64,000 nucleotides of DNA from Candidatus Eiseniibacteriota bacterium (GTDB taxonomy: Bacteria; Eisenbacteria; RBG-16-71-46; JABDJR01). How positions within the stretch are numbered: the first letter of the stretch is position 1; each line of letters opens with the position of its first letter. Location of the stretch: positions 448,001 through 512,000 of the forward strand of contig CAWANH010000028.1 of the NCBI GenBank assembly GCA_963783375.1, written 5' to 3'. This document shows, piece after piece, positions 1 through 9,426 of the stretch. Under the pieces are notes generated by a model. It made no database searches. It saw nothing but the letters and a program-made list of their open reading frames with translations, and was not told the DNA's origin. The position numbers and the translations under genes were made by a program.

Positions 1-726
1 TCACCATGCCCGACACCATGTCCGTGGAGCGGCGGAACCTTCTCCGCGCCCTGGGGGCGGAGCTGATCCTCACCCCGGGCGCGAACGGGCATGCCGGGGG
101 CGATCGCGCGGGCGGAGGAGGTGGCGGCGGAGATCCCCGGCGCGATCATCCTCCAGCAGTTCGAGAACCCGGCCAACCCCGACGTCCACCGGCGGACCAC
201 CGCCGAGGAGATCTGGGCGGATACCGACGGCGAGGTGGACCTGGTGGTGGCGGGGGTCGGGACCGGCGGCACCATCACCGGCATCGCCGAGGTGCTGAAG
301 GGGCGCCGCCCCGGATTCCGCGCGATCGCCGTGGAGCCGACGGACTCGCCGATCCTCTCCGGAGGGAAGCCCGGCCCCCACAAGATCCAGGGGATCGGGG
401 CCGGGTTCGTCCCGGGAAACCTGAACCGCGCCGTGGTGGACGAGGTTCTCACCGTGACCAACGACGATGCCTTTGCGGCCACTCGACGGCTCGCCCGGAC
501 CGAAGGCATCCTGGCCGGGATCTCGGCCGGGGCCAACGTCCACGCCGCCTCGGAGGTGGCCCGCCGGCCGGAAAACGCCGGGAAGACCATCGTGACCATC
601 CTCTGCGACACCGGCGAGCGCTACCTCTCCACCCCCCTGTTCCAGTTCGAGGACGCCGTGGCCGAGGCCGACACGAGCGCCACCGGCGCGTCGGCGCCGA
701 CCGGGGCCCCGGGGAGGCGATCATGA
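1..726 (+). CDS. cysK: Cysteine synthase A, 5'-partial, with an apparent 1-bp insertion near position 88
   Basis: [25 protein letters not shown] continues after a one-base shift (gcgaacgggcatg) as [10 protein letters not shown]...QQFENPANP...[11 protein letters not shown]...[10 protein letters not shown]...DTGERYLST, the CysK signature set. Confidence 0.93.
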
Positions 727-1428
727 GCACCGCGGAGTCGAACCTCGCCCATCATCGCCCCGCATCCGAGCCGCGCGGATCGGTACACGGGGTGAGACGG
801 ATGCGCGAGGACCTGGCCACGGTCTTCGCCCGCGACCCCGCCGCCCGCACCACCGCCGAGGTGCTCATCTGCTACCCGGGTCTTCACGCCGTCTGGATGC
901 ACCGGATGGCCCACGCCCTGTGGGGGCGGCGCCGGTTCCTGCTCGCGCGCTGGTTGAGCCACGTGGCGCGCGATGCGACCGGCATCGAGATCCATCCCGG
1001 CGCGACGATCGGGCGGCGGTTCTTCATCGATCACGGCATGGGGGTGGTGATCGGCGAGACCGCGGAGATCGGCGACGACGTGACCCTGTACCAGGGGGTG
1101 ACCCTGGGCGGGGTGAGCCTGGAGCGGGGAAAGCGCCACCCCACCCTCGAAGACGGGGTGGTGGTGGGCGCCGGGGCCAACGTGCTGGGCTCGCTCCGGG
1201 TGGGAGCCGGGGCGCGGATCGGCGCGGGCGCGGTGGTGGTCAAGGACGTTCCCCCGGGAGCCACGGTGGTGGGGCTTGCCGGACGCGTCCTGGACCGCGT
1301 TCATGATCGCGGCGAACGGCCGGGGATGGACCTGGCCGAGAGCAGCGGTGACCACGGTCGGTTCCGCGCCCTGGAGGCTGCACTCCGAGAAAGTCGCTCC
1401 GGGCGGGCGGTTCCACCCGGTCGGGTGA
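723..1428 (+). CDS. cysE: Serine O-acetyltransferase; 3' end uncertain (as read, the frame runs to 1661)
   Basis: ATG 723 overlaps the cysK stop (ATGA). Motifs [37 protein letters not shown]. The end at 1428 assumes one extra base near 1385; otherwise the ORF runs into the opposite GNAT gene. Confidence 0.88.
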
Positions 1429-1545
1429 CCGCGGACCCGTTGACGGCGGATGCTCATACCGCCTCACCTTACCCCTTCAGACTAGCACTTCCTTCACCGC
1501 AGTCCAGGGGAGCACCGGGGCGGGAGGGTTTCGGCCCGCGGCGCC

Positions 1546-1992
1546 TCAGCGGGGGCCGGAGTCGTCGAGCCGGAAGGAGAACATCACCGTGCCGGAGTGC
1601 GCTTCCACTCCGCCGCGGGACGCGTAGAGCGCGGTGGCCGGGCGGTTCCCCCGTTCGGTGAGGACCCAGGCTTCGGCACAGCCCAAGGCGCGGCCGATCT
1701 CGATCAGGGCGTCGAGGAGCGCGCGTCCCACGCCGCCCCGGCGGTGGGACGGAGCCACCGCAATCTCGTTCACCCAGAGCTCGGGCCGGGGCCTGTCGGG
1801 ATGGAGGTAGTGGACGCCCGAGGCGAAGCCGATCACCACTCCGCCTTCCAGCGCCACGACGAGGTGGTGACGGGGGTCGGCGAGGAACTGCCGGGCGGCG
1901 TCCGGATCCACCGCGTGGTCGAAGACGTCCGGGGCGACGCACTCCAGGACCGGCTCATCGCCGGAGCGGAGTCCGTGGATCTCGATCGGCAT
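1546..1992 (-). CDS. GNAT family N-acetyltransferase
   Basis: Acetyl-CoA motif [15 protein letters not shown] and N..A.ALY. Confidence 0.88.
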   Translation of the reverse strand: MPIEIHGLRSGDEPVLECVAPDVFDHAVDPDAARQFLADPRHHLVVALEGGVVIGFASGVHYLHPDRPRPELWVNEIAVAPSHRRGGVGRALLDALIEIGRALGCAEAWVLTERGNRPATALYASRGGVEAHSGTVMFSFRLDDSGPR

Positions 1993-2004
1993 GGCCGGCG
2001 GAGG

Positions 2005-2235
2005 TCAGCGCGGGGTCTGCCGGCGAAGGTAGGTGAGGAGGGCGACCACGCCCCCCGCGACCACCGCGGCGCTCAGCACGCGGAAGAGGCTGATCACCCA
2101 CGCGATGCCGATCCCCAGCGCCGCCCACTGGACCCACCAGTGCCCGGGCGAGGTCATAAGGTTGATGACCACGAGCATCAGGAGAATGAAGGGGCCCATG
2201 ATCAGGAAACGGACGGCGCGCAGGGTTCTGAACAT
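2005..2235 (-). CDS. Small membrane protein (2TM-domain-like), 76 aa
   Basis: GGAGAG-type RBS, hydrophobic helices, INLMTSPGHWWVQWAALGIG pattern. Confidence 0.75.
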   Translation of the reverse strand: MFRTLRAVRFLIMGPFILLMLVVINLMTSPGHWWVQWAALGIGIAWVISLFRVLSAAVVAGGVVALLTYLRRQTPR

Positions 2236-2374
2236 CGGTGTCTCTCCTCCGAAGACCAGTACGCACGACCGGGTGGCGGGGTTGCGCGCCACGCCGCGCC
2301 CCATCCCCCGGCCGTCCTCCCGCCCCCCCCCCGGAGCCGGGGGGAGGACGGGACCAATAGTAGCCGGTTAACCT

Positions 2375-2989
2375 CTAACGATACAAGGACTTGACCATAC
2401 CCCAGCTCCCCTTCTCCACCGGAACCGCCGAGTCGCAGAAGGTACACCCGGTGAGGTGGATCGTGTAGTTGTAGGAGATGGGCGCGACGGCGGCGGGATT
2501 GAAGCCGAGGAGCGGGTTCCCGGCTCCCGGGCCGTCCGGCGCCCGCTCGGTCCCCTGCGCCGGCGGATCCCAGATGGTCCCGCTGGAGGAGTACGGCTCG
2601 GCGTCGCTGATCATGACGCCAAGGTAGTAGTAGCCCGGAGCCACGGCGGGGGCGGTCACGTCGGTATAGCCGCCCATACATCCGTCGTCGAGGCTCAGGC
2701 CGTTCCCCGCCGCGTCGAACAGGCAGATATCGGCGTCCGCGTAGGTCGCGCAAAGCATCCCGGCGAAGAAGGTCGGGGGATCGCTGATGTAGATGCAGTA
2801 GAGATCGGAGTCGGTGTCGGAGATGAACGCTCCGTCGATCTGGGTCAGGGCGCCGGCGCCGGTGGTGACCTGGGCGGTGCCGAGGGTCTCTCCGGCGTCG
2901 GGGGCTTCGATCCAGGTCTGGGCGGAGGCGGCGAGCGGAGCGAGAACGAGCGCGGCCACGGCGAGAGAGAGCGCGGTGCGGGGCAGCAT
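2375..2989 (-). CDS. Secreted protein (DVUA0089/PPC-like domain) with C-terminal VPVEKGSWGMVKSLYR tail
   Basis: RBS AGGAG, signal peptide ending ASA-Q, motifs E.PDAG, D.DLY.I.I.DP, LFDAAG.G...DDG. Domain assignment is from memory. Confidence 0.75.
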   Translation of the reverse strand: MLPRTALSLAVAALVLAPLAASAQTWIEAPDAGETLGTAQVTTGAGALTQIDGAFISDTDSDLYCIYISDPPTFFAGMLCATYADADICLFDAAGNGLSLDDGCMGGYTDVTAPAVAPGYYYLGVMISDAEPYSSSGTIWDPPAQGTERAPDGPGAGNPLLGFNPAAVAPISYNYTIHLTGCTFCDSAVPVEKGSWGMVKSLYR

Positions 2990-3180
2990 GGGGGAACTCC
3001 TTGTGAGGTAGCCATGGGTGCCCGCGTTGCGTTGGGAGGGGGGCACCCGGACGCAAGATGCGCGCAGTATAGCACTGGAACCCGACCGGTTTCCTATGGA
3101 ATCGAGATTCCCTCGAAACGCCCCGGGCCCCGGCAACGCGGCCCCGGCTTTCGAGTTGCCGGCCGCTCGCGGGACGACCG

Positions 3181-3996
3181 TCAGAACCCCAGATCCAGAT
3201 CGGTCTGGAGCCCCAGGAGCTTCTGGAGGATCCGGGCGCTCTTCACCGCCCGCCCCATGTAGCAGTTGTTGAAGAAGACGTAGGTGCGCTCGGTCTGGTT
3301 GGCGATGGTCCGGATCCGGTCCAGCCACTCCGAGAGTTCCTCCGCCGAGTAGTCCCAGTCGTAGCGCTCGTGGCCGCCCCCGAACCAGGTGGCGGCGTTC
3401 CGGCCGTGGAAGCGGATGTAGCCGGTGTCGGTGGTGGCGGCGGCCACGGGGGGCATGAGCCCGGGGAGCGCCGGCTCGTCCACCGCGCAGTACCCCACGC
3501 TCAGCCGTTTCAGGAATTCAAGCACCGGCGCCTGGTTCCAGCTGTCGTGGCGGAACTCGGCCCAGAGCCGCATCCCGGGAAGCGCCTCCCGGAGGAACGC
3601 CACGTGGCCCCGGCTCCGGGTCTCGTTCTTGAACCCGAAGGGGAACTGAAGGAGCACCCCGTCGAACTTTCCCGCCGCCCGCAGGGGTTCGATCGCGTCC
3701 AGAAAGGTGGTGTAGAGCCCCTTCTCCCGGCTTCCGTGATGGGTCATGTCCTGGTGGGCCTTGATCACGAAGAGGAAGTCGCGCGGGGATCTTCTGGCCA
3801 TGGCCTCGAAGCTCCGGGGCGGAGGGATCCGGTAGTAGGTGGCGTTCACCTCGGTGACCGGGAACTTGGTGGCGTAGTAGGGAAGGAAGTCGGACTTGGC
3901 CAGGCCCTTGGGATAGAACGGCCCCACCCAGTCGTCGTAGGAGTAGCCCGAGGCGCCGATCCAGAGTTTCGATTCGAGGTCCTGGGTTTCGATCAT
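3181..3996 (-). CDS. DUF72 (YecE-like) protein
   Basis: IGASGYSYDDW.GPFYP, EVNATYY, EFRH.SW, YIRFHGR, YVFFNN. Overlaps the dinB stop. Confidence 0.92.
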   Translation of the reverse strand: MIETQDLESKLWIGASGYSYDDWVGPFYPKGLAKSDFLPYYATKFPVTEVNATYYRIPPPRSFEAMARRSPRDFLFVIKAHQDMTHHGSREKGLYTTFLDAIEPLRAAGKFDGVLLQFPFGFKNETRSRGHVAFLREALPGMRLWAEFRHDSWNQAPVLEFLKRLSVGYCAVDEPALPGLMPPVAAATTDTGYIRFHGRNAATWFGGGHERYDWDYSAEELSEWLDRIRTIANQTERTYVFFNNCYMGRAVKSARILQKLLGLQTDLDLGF

Positions 3997-5168
3997 CGCT
4001 GGTCCTTCCTCAGGAACACCCCGCCGGGGAGGATCGCGCCTTCGCCGAAGCGATCGCGGAGCCGGTCGGAGACCCGCACCCGTTCCCGCCGCCGGAGATC
4101 CTCGGGGAGGAGCGGTTCTTCTCCCCCGGCCGCCACCAACCCCATGCCGGCCACCCCGACCAGACGCAGGGGACGTCCGCCGCGAGCGCTCTCCAGGAGC
4201 CCCCAGGCGTGGTGCGCCAGCACCGAGGCCTCGGCGGTCGATTCCGCCAGGCCGCGTTGTCTACTGTAGCGTTTCATGCCCACCTTGAACCGCACCGCCG
4301 CCACCCGTGCGGTGAGCCCGTACAACCTGAGCCGCCGGGCCACCCGGTCGGCCAGGAGCCAGACCGTGGCGCGAAGGTGGACCGCGTCCGCGGTGTCCCT
4401 GGCGAAGGTGGTCTCGTGGCCCGCGCTCTTGGGGGGGGATTCCTCCCCGGCGGCGATCACCGCGTCGTCCCCTTCCCCCGAGGCCTGGGCGGGGAGCGCG
4501 GCCGACCAGCGGCCGAACACCGGGCGGAGCCGCTCCGGACGGGTTCGGGAGAGATCCCCGACGGTCACGATCCCCAGCTTGGCCAGTTCCGCGGTGGTTC
4601 GAGGACCGACCCCGGGGATCACCGACACCGGCTTCACCCCGAACACCTCCAGGAATTGATCCGGCGCCACCGCCCTGACCCCGCCCGGTTTGGCCAGGGC
4701 CGAGACCATCTTGGCCTGGAGCTTGGTCGCCGCGGCTCCCACGGTGCAGGCAAGGCCGCGCTCGTCGGAGACCGCCCGGCGGATGACCGCGCCCAGTTCC
4801 AGCGCCCGCGCTTCCCACGACGCCTCCGGGGCCGGAGCGAACTCCAGGTAGGCCTCGTCGATGCTGGCCGGCTCCACCCGGGGGGAAAACCGGTCCAGCA
4901 CCGCCAGCACCGCCAGGGATTCATGAATGTACTTGGGGGGATCGACGGGGAGGACCAGGAGGCCCGGACAGAGGCGGAGGGCCTCGGCCATGGACATCCC
5001 CGAGCGCACCCCGAACGCCCGGGCCGGGTAGTTGGCGGTGGTCACCACCCCGCGCGGACCTGGCCCGCCGCCCACCGCAAGAGGACGGGAGCCGAGCCGG
5101 GGGTCGGAGCGGGTCTCCACCGAGGCGAAGAAGGCGTCCATGTCCACGTGGAGGAGCAGGGGGCGCAC
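3993..5168 (-). CDS. dinB: DNA polymerase IV (Y-family)
   Basis: HVDMDAFFASVE, YPARAFGVRSGM, SIDEAYL, AKPGG. GTG 5168 follows an RBS-like GAGGG. Confidence 0.93.
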   Translation of the reverse strand: MRPLLLHVDMDAFFASVETRSDPRLGSRPLAVGGGPGPRGVVTTANYPARAFGVRSGMSMAEALRLCPGLLVLPVDPPKYIHESLAVLAVLDRFSPRVEPASIDEAYLEFAPAPEASWEARALELGAVIRRAVSDERGLACTVGAAATKLQAKMVSALAKPGGVRAVAPDQFLEVFGVKPVSVIPGVGPRTTAELAKLGIVTVGDLSRTRPERLRPVFGRWSAALPAQASGEGDDAVIAAGEESPPKSAGHETTFARDTADAVHLRATVWLLADRVARRLRLYGLTARVAAVRFKVGMKRYSRQRGLAESTAEASVLAHHAWGLLESARGGRPLRLVGVAGMGLVAAGGEEPLLPEDLRRRERVRVSDRLRDRFGEGAILPGGVFLRKDQR

Positions 5169-5246
5169 GGGAATTCCCTCTTTCAAGAGCGCACCGGAGG
5201 TTATAGGCTCCAAGCGGCAATTGCCTGGGGTTTCGCCTATCCTAGC

Positions 5247-5268
5247 ATACCAATCATACGTTTGGTAT
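5247..5268. promoter_or_regulatory. Dyad ATACCAA-N8-TTGGTAT between divergent dinB and pabB
   Basis: Perfect 7-bp AT-rich inverted repeat in a GC-rich background. Confidence 0.5.
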
Positions 5269-5359
5269 CCGCATCCCCGCCGAACCCCTAATTCACTGAA
5301 AAAGAACGACTTCTGCCCGGCGCCGGGTGGCCGAACGCCCCCGGCTGCGAGGGAAAACC

Positions 5360-6871
5360 ATGAATACAGACACCCAACCCACCGTGCTGACCCGGGGCGT
5401 CGAGCTGGATCTCACCCCGGACCAGGTCTTCCAGAATCTCCACCGGATGCCCGGCTTCTTCTTCCTGGACAGCGCCATGGCCGGCCACGAGCTCTCGCGC
5501 TGGTCCTACATCGGGGTGAATCCGTTCCTCACCCTGCGCAGCCGTGGGGAAGGCATGGACCTGGTGGAGGGGAAGAAGATCACCCATCGGTTCGGGAACC
5601 CCCTGGAAATCCTGAACGCCGAGATGAACCGGATCCGGCTCACCGGCGGGAGCCCGCTGGTTCCCTTCTCCGGCGGCGGGGTCGGCTACTTCGGATACGA
5701 GCTGGGCCGATCCACGGTGGAAGTGGAGCTCCCGGTGGCCGACGATCTCGGCCTTCCCGAGATGGTGTTCTCCTTCTATCGCACCATCCTGGCCTACGAG
5801 CACAAGACCCGGCGGTGGTACGGCGCGGCCCTGGATATCGCCGGGGGCCGCGGCACCACCATCCGGAAGCGCCTGGGGTCGGACATCGAGAAGATGCGGG
5901 AGCTGGCCACCAAGATGCACCGGGGCTCTCCGGCCACCGCTTCCGCCGAGAGCGCGGAGGAGGGGGCCGAAGCCGTCGACGAAGTGGTGATCCCCACCGG
6001 CCACCGGATCGAAGTGGACGGGGTGAGCGCGCTCTCCACCATGAGTCGCGACCAGTACCTGGCCGCGGTGCGGAAGATCAAGGAACACATCGCCGCCGGC
6101 GAGATCTACCAGGCCAACCTCACCCAGCGCTGGAGCATCCCCTACGAGGACGAACCGGGGAAGATCTACACCGCGCTCCGGAAGGCGAGCCCGGCTCCGT
6201 TCGGGGTCTACATGAACACCGGCGAGGCGGTGATCGCGGGATCGTCCCCGGAATGCTTCCTGTCGGTGGCGGGGCGCTCCATCGAGACCCGGCCGATCAA
6301 GGGGACCCGCCCGCGCGGCGCCGATCCCGACGAGGACGCGAGGCTCCGTCGCGAGCTGGAGGACAGCCAGAAGGACAAGGCCGAGCTCACCATGATCGCC
6401 GACCTGGAGCGAAACGACCTCGGACGGGTCTCCACCCCGGGCTCGGTCCGGGTGGAAGAGCTGCACCGGCTCGAGACCTTCTCCAACGTGCACCACCTGG
6501 TGTCGATCGTGCGCGGGGAGCTTCGAGGCGACGCGAACCTGAAGGACATCCTCGACGCCACCTTCCCCAGCGGCTCCATCACCGGCGCCCCCAAGAAGCG
6601 GGCGATGGAGATCCTGGCCGAAATCGAGGGCACGGTGCGCGGCCCCTATACCGGGGCCATGGGGTTCATGGGGCTCGACGGGTCCATGGAGCTGAACGTG
6701 GCCATCCGCACCCTGGTGCTCTCCCAGGGAAAGGTTCATCTCGGGGTGGGCGGCGGCATCGTGGCCGACTCGGAGCCCGAGGCGGAGTACGAGGAGTGCC
6801 TGGCCAAGGCCCGGGCCATGCTGACCGCGATCCGCGAGGCTCGCTCCCCGGAGCCGACCCCGGCGTCCTGA
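5360..6871 (+). CDS. pabB: Aminodeoxychorismate synthase component I (TrpE-like family)
   Basis: FFLDSA, GEIYQANL, SPAPF, SSPECF, PIKGT, DLERND, TFPSGSITGAPK. Followed by a class IV aminotransferase. Confidence 0.88.
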   Translation: MNTDTQPTVLTRGVELDLTPDQVFQNLHRMPGFFFLDSAMAGHELSRWSYIGVNPFLTLRSRGEGMDLVEGKKITHRFGNPLEILNAEMNRIRLTGGSPLVPFSGGGVGYFGYELGRSTVEVELPVADDLGLPEMVFSFYRTILAYEHKTRRWYGAALDIAGGRGTTIRKRLGSDIEKMRELATKMHRGSPATASAESAEEGAEAVDEVVIPTGHRIEVDGVSALSTMSRDQYLAAVRKIKEHIAAGEIYQANLTQRWSIPYEDEPGKIYTALRKASPAPFGVYMNTGEAVIAGSSPECFLSVAGRSIETRPIKGTRPRGADPDEDARLRRELEDSQKDKAELTMIADLERNDLGRVSTPGSVRVEELHRLETFSNVHHLVSIVRGELRGDANLKDILDATFPSGSITGAPKKRAMEILAEIEGTVRGPYTGAMGFMGLDGSMELNVAIRTLVLSQGKVHLGVGGGIVADSEPEAEYEECLAKARAMLTAIREARSPEPTPAS

Positions 6872-6872
6872 G

Positions 6873-7757
6873 ATGCCTCACGTCTACCTGAACGGCGAGA
6901 TCGTCCCGGAGGCGCGGGCTGTGCTCCCGGTCAACGACCGGGCGGTGCTGTTCGGGGACGGGGCCTACGAGACCATGCGGAGCTACGCGGGGACGTTCTT
7001 CCGGCTCCCCGGGCACCTCCGCCGGCTCCGCCACACCCTCCACGGGATGCAGCTCGATCTCCCGGTGACCGACGCCGAGATCTCCCGGGGAGCGCTGGCG
7101 CTGCTCCGGGCCGACGGGCTCGCCGACGCCCGGGTGCGGCTCACCGTGACCGGAGGCCTCTTCGACGGGGCCATCCGGCTCCGGCGGTCCCACCCTCCGA
7201 ACCTCTTCCTCACCGCGGTCCCCCTGGTCCCCCCTCCCGCCGACGGCTACCGGAACGGGGTGGACGTGGTGCTTTCCCGCTGGCCGGTCCACAGCGACTC
7301 GCCGCTCCCCCGGATCAAGACCGTGAACCGGCTCATGCACCTCATGGCCAAGGAGGAGGCGCTGGCCGCCGGGGCCTGGGAGGCGCTGTTCCTGGACGAG
7401 GCCAGAGGGTTGCTGGAGGGGACCGCCACCAACGCGTTCTTCGTGGTGGACGGGTCGCTCCGCACCGCCTCCCTGGAAGGGCCGTTGTTGGCGGGGGTGA
7501 CCCGCGACGCGGTCCTGGAGGTGGCGCGGGGGGAGGGCGTGCCGGTGATGGAAGGGCGAGTCGCCCCCGAGGACCTCACTGAGGCCACCGAGGCCTTCCT
7601 CACCAGCACCACCCTCGAGCTGCTCCCCATCCGCGCGGTGGACGGGCGGGCGGTGGGCGACGGCCGTCCGGGCCCGGTGTGGGAGCGGCTGATCCGGGCC
7701 TACCGGGCGCTGGTGAGCCGCGAGACCGGGGTGGCTTTGGATCCGATGCCGGTTTAG
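6873..7757 (+). CDS. pabC: Class IV aminotransferase / probable 4-amino-4-deoxychorismate lyase
   Basis: DRAVLFGDGAYET, HLRRL, KT.N, EGTATN.F, LAGVTR, EAFLTST. Adjacent to pabB. Confidence 0.75.
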   Translation: MPHVYLNGEIVPEARAVLPVNDRAVLFGDGAYETMRSYAGTFFRLPGHLRRLRHTLHGMQLDLPVTDAEISRGALALLRADGLADARVRLTVTGGLFDGAIRLRRSHPPNLFLTAVPLVPPPADGYRNGVDVVLSRWPVHSDSPLPRIKTVNRLMHLMAKEEALAAGAWEALFLDEARGLLEGTATNAFFVVDGSLRTASLEGPLLAGVTRDAVLEVARGEGVPVMEGRVAPEDLTEATEAFLTSTTLELLPIRAVDGRAVGDGRPGPVWERLIRAYRALVSRETGVALDPMPV

Positions 7758-7819
7758 GAGGATTCGTCTAACCTCTTCACGAAGCCGGTGTTGCGAGACA
7801 CGCCACGCGTCGGCCCCGT

Positions 7820-7848
7820 TTGCAGGCCGCAGTCCTTGGGAGTACTAT
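7820..7848 (+). promoter_or_regulatory. sigma70-type promoter for the TA pair, probably leaderless
   Basis: TTGCAG-17 nt-TACTAT, with ATG 7 nt after the -10 and no SD. Confidence 0.55.
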
Positions 7849-7855
7849 CCTGTCC

Positions 7856-8083
7856 ATGAGCTGGCAGCAGTGGATCGAACTCAAGTCCGACGTGCGAAGC
7901 GGAAAGCCCTGCATAAAGGGTACGCGCATAGCCGTTTACGATATTCTTGAGTACCTCGCCGGCGGCATGAGCGAGCAGGACATCCTCCACGACTTCCCCT
8001 CGCTACGCCTCGAACACATCCGTGCTGCGCTATCCTTTGCCGCAGACCGAGAGCGGCGACTTGCCGCCCCGCCGGCCGCGTGA
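7856..8083 (+). CDS. DUF433 antitoxin (VapB45-like)
   Basis: GKPCIKGTRIAVYDILEYLAGGMS..DIL.DFP.L motif. Confidence 0.9.
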   Translation: MSWQQWIELKSDVRSGKPCIKGTRIAVYDILEYLAGGMSEQDILHDFPSLRLEHIRAALSFAADRERRLAAPPAA

Positions 8084-8415
8084 AGCTTCTCTTTGATGAG
8101 AACCTCAGCCCTCGCCTTGTCGAGTTGTTGGATGCCCTCTATCCCGGCAGCCGGCACGTCGCATCCATAGGCCTTGAGGGCAAGAGCGACCAAGAGATCT
8201 GGGACCACGCCGCTGCTAATGAATTCATCATTGTGTCCAAGGACAACGACTTCCGGCAGCGTTGCTTCGTCCTCGGCCCGCCACCCAAGGTGCTCTGGCT
8301 GTCCGTAGGAAACGCGGGCACCTCGGCCATACGGACGCTGCTCGAGAATGCGCGGCCGGCGGTCGTGGAGTTTGCCGAGAATGCTGAAGAAGCGCTCCTA
8401 GTCTTGGAAGTGTGA
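8080..8415 (+). CDS. DUF5615 PIN-like toxin (VapC45-like)
   Basis: MKLLFDENLS, D.EIW..A, IVSKD.DF, PPKVLWL..GN. GTGA overlap with DUF433. Confidence 0.9.
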   Translation: MKLLFDENLSPRLVELLDALYPGSRHVASIGLEGKSDQEIWDHAAANEFIIVSKDNDFRQRCFVLGPPPKVLWLSVGNAGTSAIRTLLENARPAVVEFAENAEEALLVLEV

Positions 8416-8448
8416 TGGGACCAACAGAGGTCGCTTAGTGGTTTTCTG

Positions 8449-8934
8449 TCACGAGAGGTCGAGCTCGAGTTGGCGCTCGCGGATGTGCTCCCGTGGCGGC
8501 GGAAGCGAACCGGTGCGACCGTTGGGCCGGAATCCGTGCCGCAGGTAGAGCGCGTTCGCCGGGGCGTTGGCCTCCCCCACGTCCAGGAGCATCCGCGCGA
8601 ATCCGGCCGACCGGGCCCAGCCGATGAGCGCTTCGACCAGGGCGTCGCCCACGCCGGTTCCACGCGCTTCCGGAGCCACCCACATCGACAGCAGCCAGAC
8701 GGTGTCGTTGTCTTCACGGTCCGGCGCCCCTCGCACGACCCCCACGTCCCGCCCGTCGTGCACCGCGACGAAGGTGGCCATGGCGGCGAGCTGCTCCGGC
8801 CAGGACGTGTCCGGCCGGGGGGCGGTTTCCTGGTAGGTGCTGCCGAAGGCGTCGGGGGCGTCCCGGAGCGAGCGGAGGCGGATCTCGCGGAAACGCGGAC
8901 CCTCCGCCGGATCGAGTCGCTGAATTTCCATCAT
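8449..8934 (-). CDS. GNAT family N-acetyltransferase
   Basis: IRLRSLRDAPDAF, SMWVAPEARGTGVG, N..A.ALY...GF. Confidence 0.88.
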   Translation of the reverse strand: MMEIQRLDPAEGPRFREIRLRSLRDAPDAFGSTYQETAPRPDTSWPEQLAAMATFVAVHDGRDVGVVRGAPDREDNDTVWLLSMWVAPEARGTGVGDALVEALIGWARSAGFARMLLDVGEANAPANALYLRHGFRPNGRTGSLPPPREHIRERQLELDLS

Positions 8935-8978
8935 GGGTTTTCGGGCGAGTTCATCCGGGTGAACACCCGGGGGCGCAT

Positions 8979-9422
8979 CTAGCCCCCGTCCCCCACTGCC
9001 CAGTACCCGTCCACCGCGCGCCCCTCCTCTGCCCACCCGTTCATCCCCCCCTGGAGCCGGTACACAAGGGGAAAACCGTAGCGCTCGGACGCCTCCCGGG
9101 CCGGATCCTCGCCCACCACCGGCGGCTCGCCGTCCTGGTTGTAGAAGACGATGGGCTCGCTGTGGTCCATGGGGAGGACGTCCCGGAGCTCGGGGATGGT
9201 GCGGCGGCCGGCCCAGATCGCGCCGGGGAGGTGGCCGGCGGTGTAGAGCGACTCCGGCCGGGTATCCAGAAGCACCATCGCGCGCCCGGTCTCCATCCAG
9301 GAGACCAGGGTGTCGGGCTCGAGGGACCGCACCTCGCTCTCCGATTCCTCGGAGCGCATGCTGCACGCGCCCAGGACCACCGCCAGCATCAAGAACCCCA
9401 ACCATCGGACCCGTTTTCCCAT
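8979..9422 (-). CDS. Rhodanese-like lipoprotein without the catalytic Cys
   Basis: Lipobox LGAC, LDTR...Y.AGHLPGA, LQGG..GW. Active-site loop reads VFYNQDG. Confidence 0.75.
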   Translation of the reverse strand: MGKRVRWLGFLMLAVVLGACSMRSEESESEVRSLEPDTLVSWMETGRAMVLLDTRPESLYTAGHLPGAIWAGRRTIPELRDVLPMDHSEPIVFYNQDGEPPVVGEDPAREASERYGFPLVYRLQGGMNGWAEEGRAVDGYWAVGDGG

Positions 9423-9426
9423 CGGA

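Noticed and set aside
6-1661. 551-aa ORF that looks like a CysK-CysE fusion
   Set aside because: Artefact of the frameshift near 88. The middle is out-of-frame cysK, and cysE has its own ATG overlapping the cysK stop.
7760-7830. GTCTAAC upstream of the TA pair as an integron attC R'' box
   Set aside because: No matching GTTRRRY with a complementary stem, no cassette array and no integrase.
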